From: Girardia tigrina
Lineage: Eukaryota
Direction: 5' to 3'
Length of the DNA stretch: 54,019 nt
NCBI GenBank assembly: GCA_001938485.1
Contig: MQRK01222176.1
Location: forward strand, 5,144 to 59,162
Shown here: in pieces, positions 50,175 through 54,019 of the stretch
Layout: the number at the start of each line of letters is the position of its first letter
Position numbering within the stretch: position 1 is the stretch's first letter
Program-made: the position numbers and the translations under genes
Notes under the pieces: model-generated
What the model saw: the letters and a program-made list of their open reading frames with translations, nothing else
Databases searched by the model: none
What the model was told of the DNA's origin: nothing

Positions 50175-50565
50175 TGTTAGGAATTAATAGTAACGATAAA
50201 TTTTTGAAATAGGCAATCGAAATTAAGTTAAATTAGTTAATTAAATATAATCTTATAAAATACCGGTTTAACAAAAAAAATAAACCTTTAGTAACTTAGT
50301 TCCTCAAATTTTTAAGAAGTAATTAAATAAATAGAATATAAGTTAAATGTAAATTAAATAAAAGCAAATTTGTTTTAATAATTGGCAGAATTTTTCCGGG
50401 AATTGAAAATCAGAGTGGAAATTGGAATTATTAGAAGATCAACGCAATCAATCAATCAATTAATCCAAATATTTTTCAATATTCGATAATTAAGTGTCAT
50501 TAATAAATATAATTTAGTTATGGATATTTGTTATTCTCCGAGTGGTGTTCCCACAGATTCTAACC
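50175..50565 (+). mobile_element. Decayed solo LTR related to 30703-31101
   Basis: TGTTAGGAATT start, shared ATACCGGTTT..AGTTCCTCAAA blocks, end TCTAACC, TSD TTATT/TAATT. Confidence 0.55.
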
Positions 50566-52063
50566 TAATTAAAAATAAATTCGTTATTTTTTGTGTTTAA
50601 AAAGGAAAAATTCAAATAAAATGATCGAAAACAAGGTCGTTTTCGATATGGTATTTATTGAGAATCAAATTTTTCGAGTTTCGCTCAGAAATTAATTATC
50701 GATTATTGTAAACAACACCGAGAACTGAGTTCCGAGGATTTTGAAACTATTTTCAAACCGATATTTTCGAAAATCTCATTAAATATAATCGATTTCTTTA
50801 GTTACATTGAGATTTCTTTGGAGATTTGATCGAATCTTGTGATAGACAGTTGTTTGAGGAGATACTAGGTAGAGATTCAACCGAGAAATTGACAAGTATA
50901 ATCATTGGTTACAATCTATTTGCGCATGCAAATGTACTTTAGACGATTGTAAGACTTGTCCAACAATAGCTCTAGTACGAGTTCATTACAGAGAGCGTTA
51001 TTCTCTCCAAATTGAACTCTGAACTCCTCATTGTTTTTCAACAACTACTTTACGTTGATAAAGTCCTATCTGGATATTTGACGGTGTTTGCTCATCCTTG
51101 TAAAAATCACTGTCTAGAGTCGTTAAAATGCTATTCATCCTTTGTTAAAGCGTTAAGCGACAATATATCCTGTTCTCACTGGCTCTTACAAATTAAAATA
51201 TTAGAATCAATAAATGAATTCATTGAATTATCATGATCTTAGCATTTATATGTTCCGCTAATCTTTATCGAGAAAATCTTCTAACTGAATGTTTTATTCA
51301 AATTATCTTGTGTACAAAATGTCACATTTGATATTGTTTTTTCAAGTTGTATCAATGTCATACCTTTTAGAATAAAAATAATGCTTTGAGTTTAGCCTAA
51401 TAAATAAAACAGAAAACTTGCTGTTATCAAATATTTTGTAAAAAAACAAATTCATAAATATATGGAGAAAGGTTTAGGAGACTCTGCTCCATCATCTATG
51501 ACTGTGTATAATTGAGAAGTTGGTTATGAGAGTCAATACCATTCAGGTTCACGTTGGGCTTAATCAGGGTCAACTCGTAAATTCTCAGAATCTTTGGAAA
51601 CAATCCGAATCATGTTGACAAATTCACGTTTATTTTGGAAATATTCGGTTTAGAGCGAGTCGTCAGTCATTTCATCTTTTTATAAATAATTGATTTTGTT
51701 AAAATCAGTCCCAAACAAATAGGTTTTTAATAAATAAATCTTTATGGTTAGGTCTGGTATCACACCCTCAAATATAAATGAACTGTATTTTTTGAAACGG
51801 GGGATTCTTATTTAAAAAGATGAATAATTATATTGTGCAATTATTGTTTGCATCTAGTGATATATGACTATGGTGGGTTAACACGATAGATGTCCACCCC
51901 ATTACACTTGTGCACTTAGTGTAAGACTTCATTTTGTGTTTCCTGTTTAGGTAGTTGTTAGTCACAAAATTTGCCTCAACAAAGACTGAATTTCAATTAA
52001 AAATTTTCAATTTGATTTCAGTTCGAAATAATTTTTTAAACCATTTAAATTTTGATCAGCGAA

Positions 52064-52432
52064 CTAAATTAAATACCTTCTCATACACACACCACGATCA
52101 ACCCATGAACGATAATTTTCCTTGACTGACATGGGGACGAAATAGAGGCACTTCTCATCTATAACAATAACTCTTCTGTGTATGTCATTCAAAATTTTCT
52201 TAGCACCTTTTACCTGTGTTCTCTTCTTACTTTTTTTATAAGGTATGAGACCATCATCTGGACTATACATTCGATTCAGTACACGATTGATATTTTTTTC
52301 TGTTTTTGCATTTCTTGGTTTTCCTGATCCTTGAAATCTTGTGAATTCTTCTTTCTCTTTACAGGCATATTCTTTTGAGATGATTTGAACTCTTTTCAAC
52401 GATAAGACATTCTCTTCACCTCCTGCGAGCAA
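52064..52432 (-). mobile_element. Tc1/mariner-superfamily transposase relic
   Basis: GSGKPRNAKTEKNINRV and RVIVIDEKCLYF resemble GSGRPR..T.ENI..V and VITDEKWFY. Confidence 0.6.
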
Positions 52433-53523
52433 CTAAAAAAGATGGTATTTATGTACCTTATAATTACTTTTTCGTAAGTTGCAATGAAGAAATTCATATT
52501 TTCAATCATATGTTTCATACTTAAACTCAGTATAGAAACTAAAAAAAATAATTAAAAAACAACCCCAATACAAATTCATAAATAAAAAAAAACATTAAAT
52601 CAAAAATCTAATCAAAAATAGTTTTATAGCTCTAATGAGGCACAAAGTCAATACATAACCTATTGCATTAAACATGAAAATTTCAATGTTCTAAAATTCA
52701 TTTTTTTGGTCGCCCTTTACAATTTAACAATTAGAATAAATCACAGCTGAATTGCAATAGAATCAATTTATTACTTTATTCGGTTAAAGTGTACTGAGTT
52801 AATTTAATTTACTTTTTAGCAGTGACTCTACGTTTAATAATCTAATTGTCAAAGCGTTCTAACAAAACAAATGTGACATTTGTTTCCTCAACGATTTATC
52901 TCAATATTAACAGCTTTTAATATGCTTTTTTCTAACAAAAACATTTTACGTTCTGACAGAAGGAAAATATGTATATTTTATAAAGAAGAATACTTTCATA
53001 TTAACTAATGAACTATTTTTTCCTGAATGCATTGTAAACAAATTATTGAAGGCGGAGACTGTTTTAATTTAACTTTCGACGATACATTTATCGTGTGAAA
53101 AATTTTAAGCTGAAATGTGTTAAAATTTCGTAAATTATATATTATTATTTGTACTTAACAGTCAAAGACTAAGAAACTTTCATTCACGTCTTTCATTTAA
53201 ATAACTTGTATATCAAGAATCATAGTTTATTGCAAATTAACATTAATCGAAGCTTAGTTTAACCACTTAATGCTCGGATTATTTTTACAAAATAGTTAAA
53301 AAATAAAGTCAATTAAATAATATTTCATAATGTCTTTAAAAAAACAACCCAAGATTAAAAAAGACAAGCCTGTGTAATATCTTTTATCGATCGTATACAT
53401 GTAAACAAGTAGACAATCGAGAGCAACTTTCGGGTTTTTCGCTAATCGATAAGTACAAACCACGCGAACGCCGCTCGTTCAAAGGAATTAAGTGATTAAA
53501 ATTATGATATTTTTTAAAACGTG

Positions 53524-54019
53524 TGTAAGATTTGTAAGTATAATTTATAAGATATTTTAATTCTCAACATTTAAATAATTATTGATATTATTAAATATAT
53601 ATATCTATATCCATATCCATATTTATAAGAAACGGTTAAAAATAGAAATACAAAAATATCCTCAAATAAATTCAGTTGTTTAAATAAACAGAAATTTTGT
53701 GGGTAATTCAAAAAGTTGTCGATAAATAAATTATTTGGATCCAAGCTTATCTCTTTTGTGATTTGAATGTCTGAAGAAACAGGAGACATTTATGCGACCA
53801 ATGTCGTTCCTAACATGGCGACCACGACCTCGGAAATACTCCTGACCAGAGCAATTCCAGAGCGGTATACAAAAGGCGAAGATGTGGAATTATTCATCAT
53901 CAAATGCAAGCGATTCTTCGAGCTGACGAACACCAGAGAGAGCATGAAAGCTATCCTTGTGAAGACTCTATTGGATGACGAATCAATTAAAATATACGAA
54001 GAAGTCGACGTCAATATAA
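53524..54019 (+). mobile_element. gag: 5' end of a third gypsy element: LTR (start uncertain, ends CA at 53815), PBS 53816-53826, gag open to the window end
   Basis: CCTAACA|TGGCGACCACG; MATTTSEILLTRAIPERYTKGEDVELFIIKCKRFFEL resembles a gag N-terminus. Confidence 0.8.

Noticed and set aside
53790-54014. Minus-strand 74-aa ORF
   Set aside because: Antisense to the gag frame that starts at 53815

Overview
Very AT-rich eukaryotic draft scaffold with four N gaps, three of them at (TA)n tracts. It is probably an invertebrate animal, inferred from the metazoan-like GCN1 fragment. No intact host gene was recognised. The window is a transposon graveyard: two LTR-bounded, internally rearranged Ty3/gypsy elements, the start of a third, and at least six solo LTRs with 5-bp target-site duplications (TSDs). 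It also holds five Penelope-like GIY-YIG/pLTR units carrying minimal hammerhead ribozymes, near-full-length mariner and pogo relics, Tc1, hAT, piggyBac and BEL/Pao fragments, a 5S rRNA-headed SINE-like element, and relics of alpha-tubulin and GCN1. Highlights: (1) a gypsy element carries an uninterrupted GCN1 segment in place of its integrase; (2) a gypsy lineage repeatedly ends its LTRs TG...TA and has essentially no internal UTRs (gag ATG spans the LTR/PBS junction, pol stop lies inside the 3' LTR); (3) a second gypsy has RT/RNase H replaced by sequence that recurs 1 kb downstream; (4) ribozyme-bearing Penelope mini-units sit in (TA)n. All homology calls come from motif recognition by eye, not database searches, and boundaries of decayed fragments are approximate.
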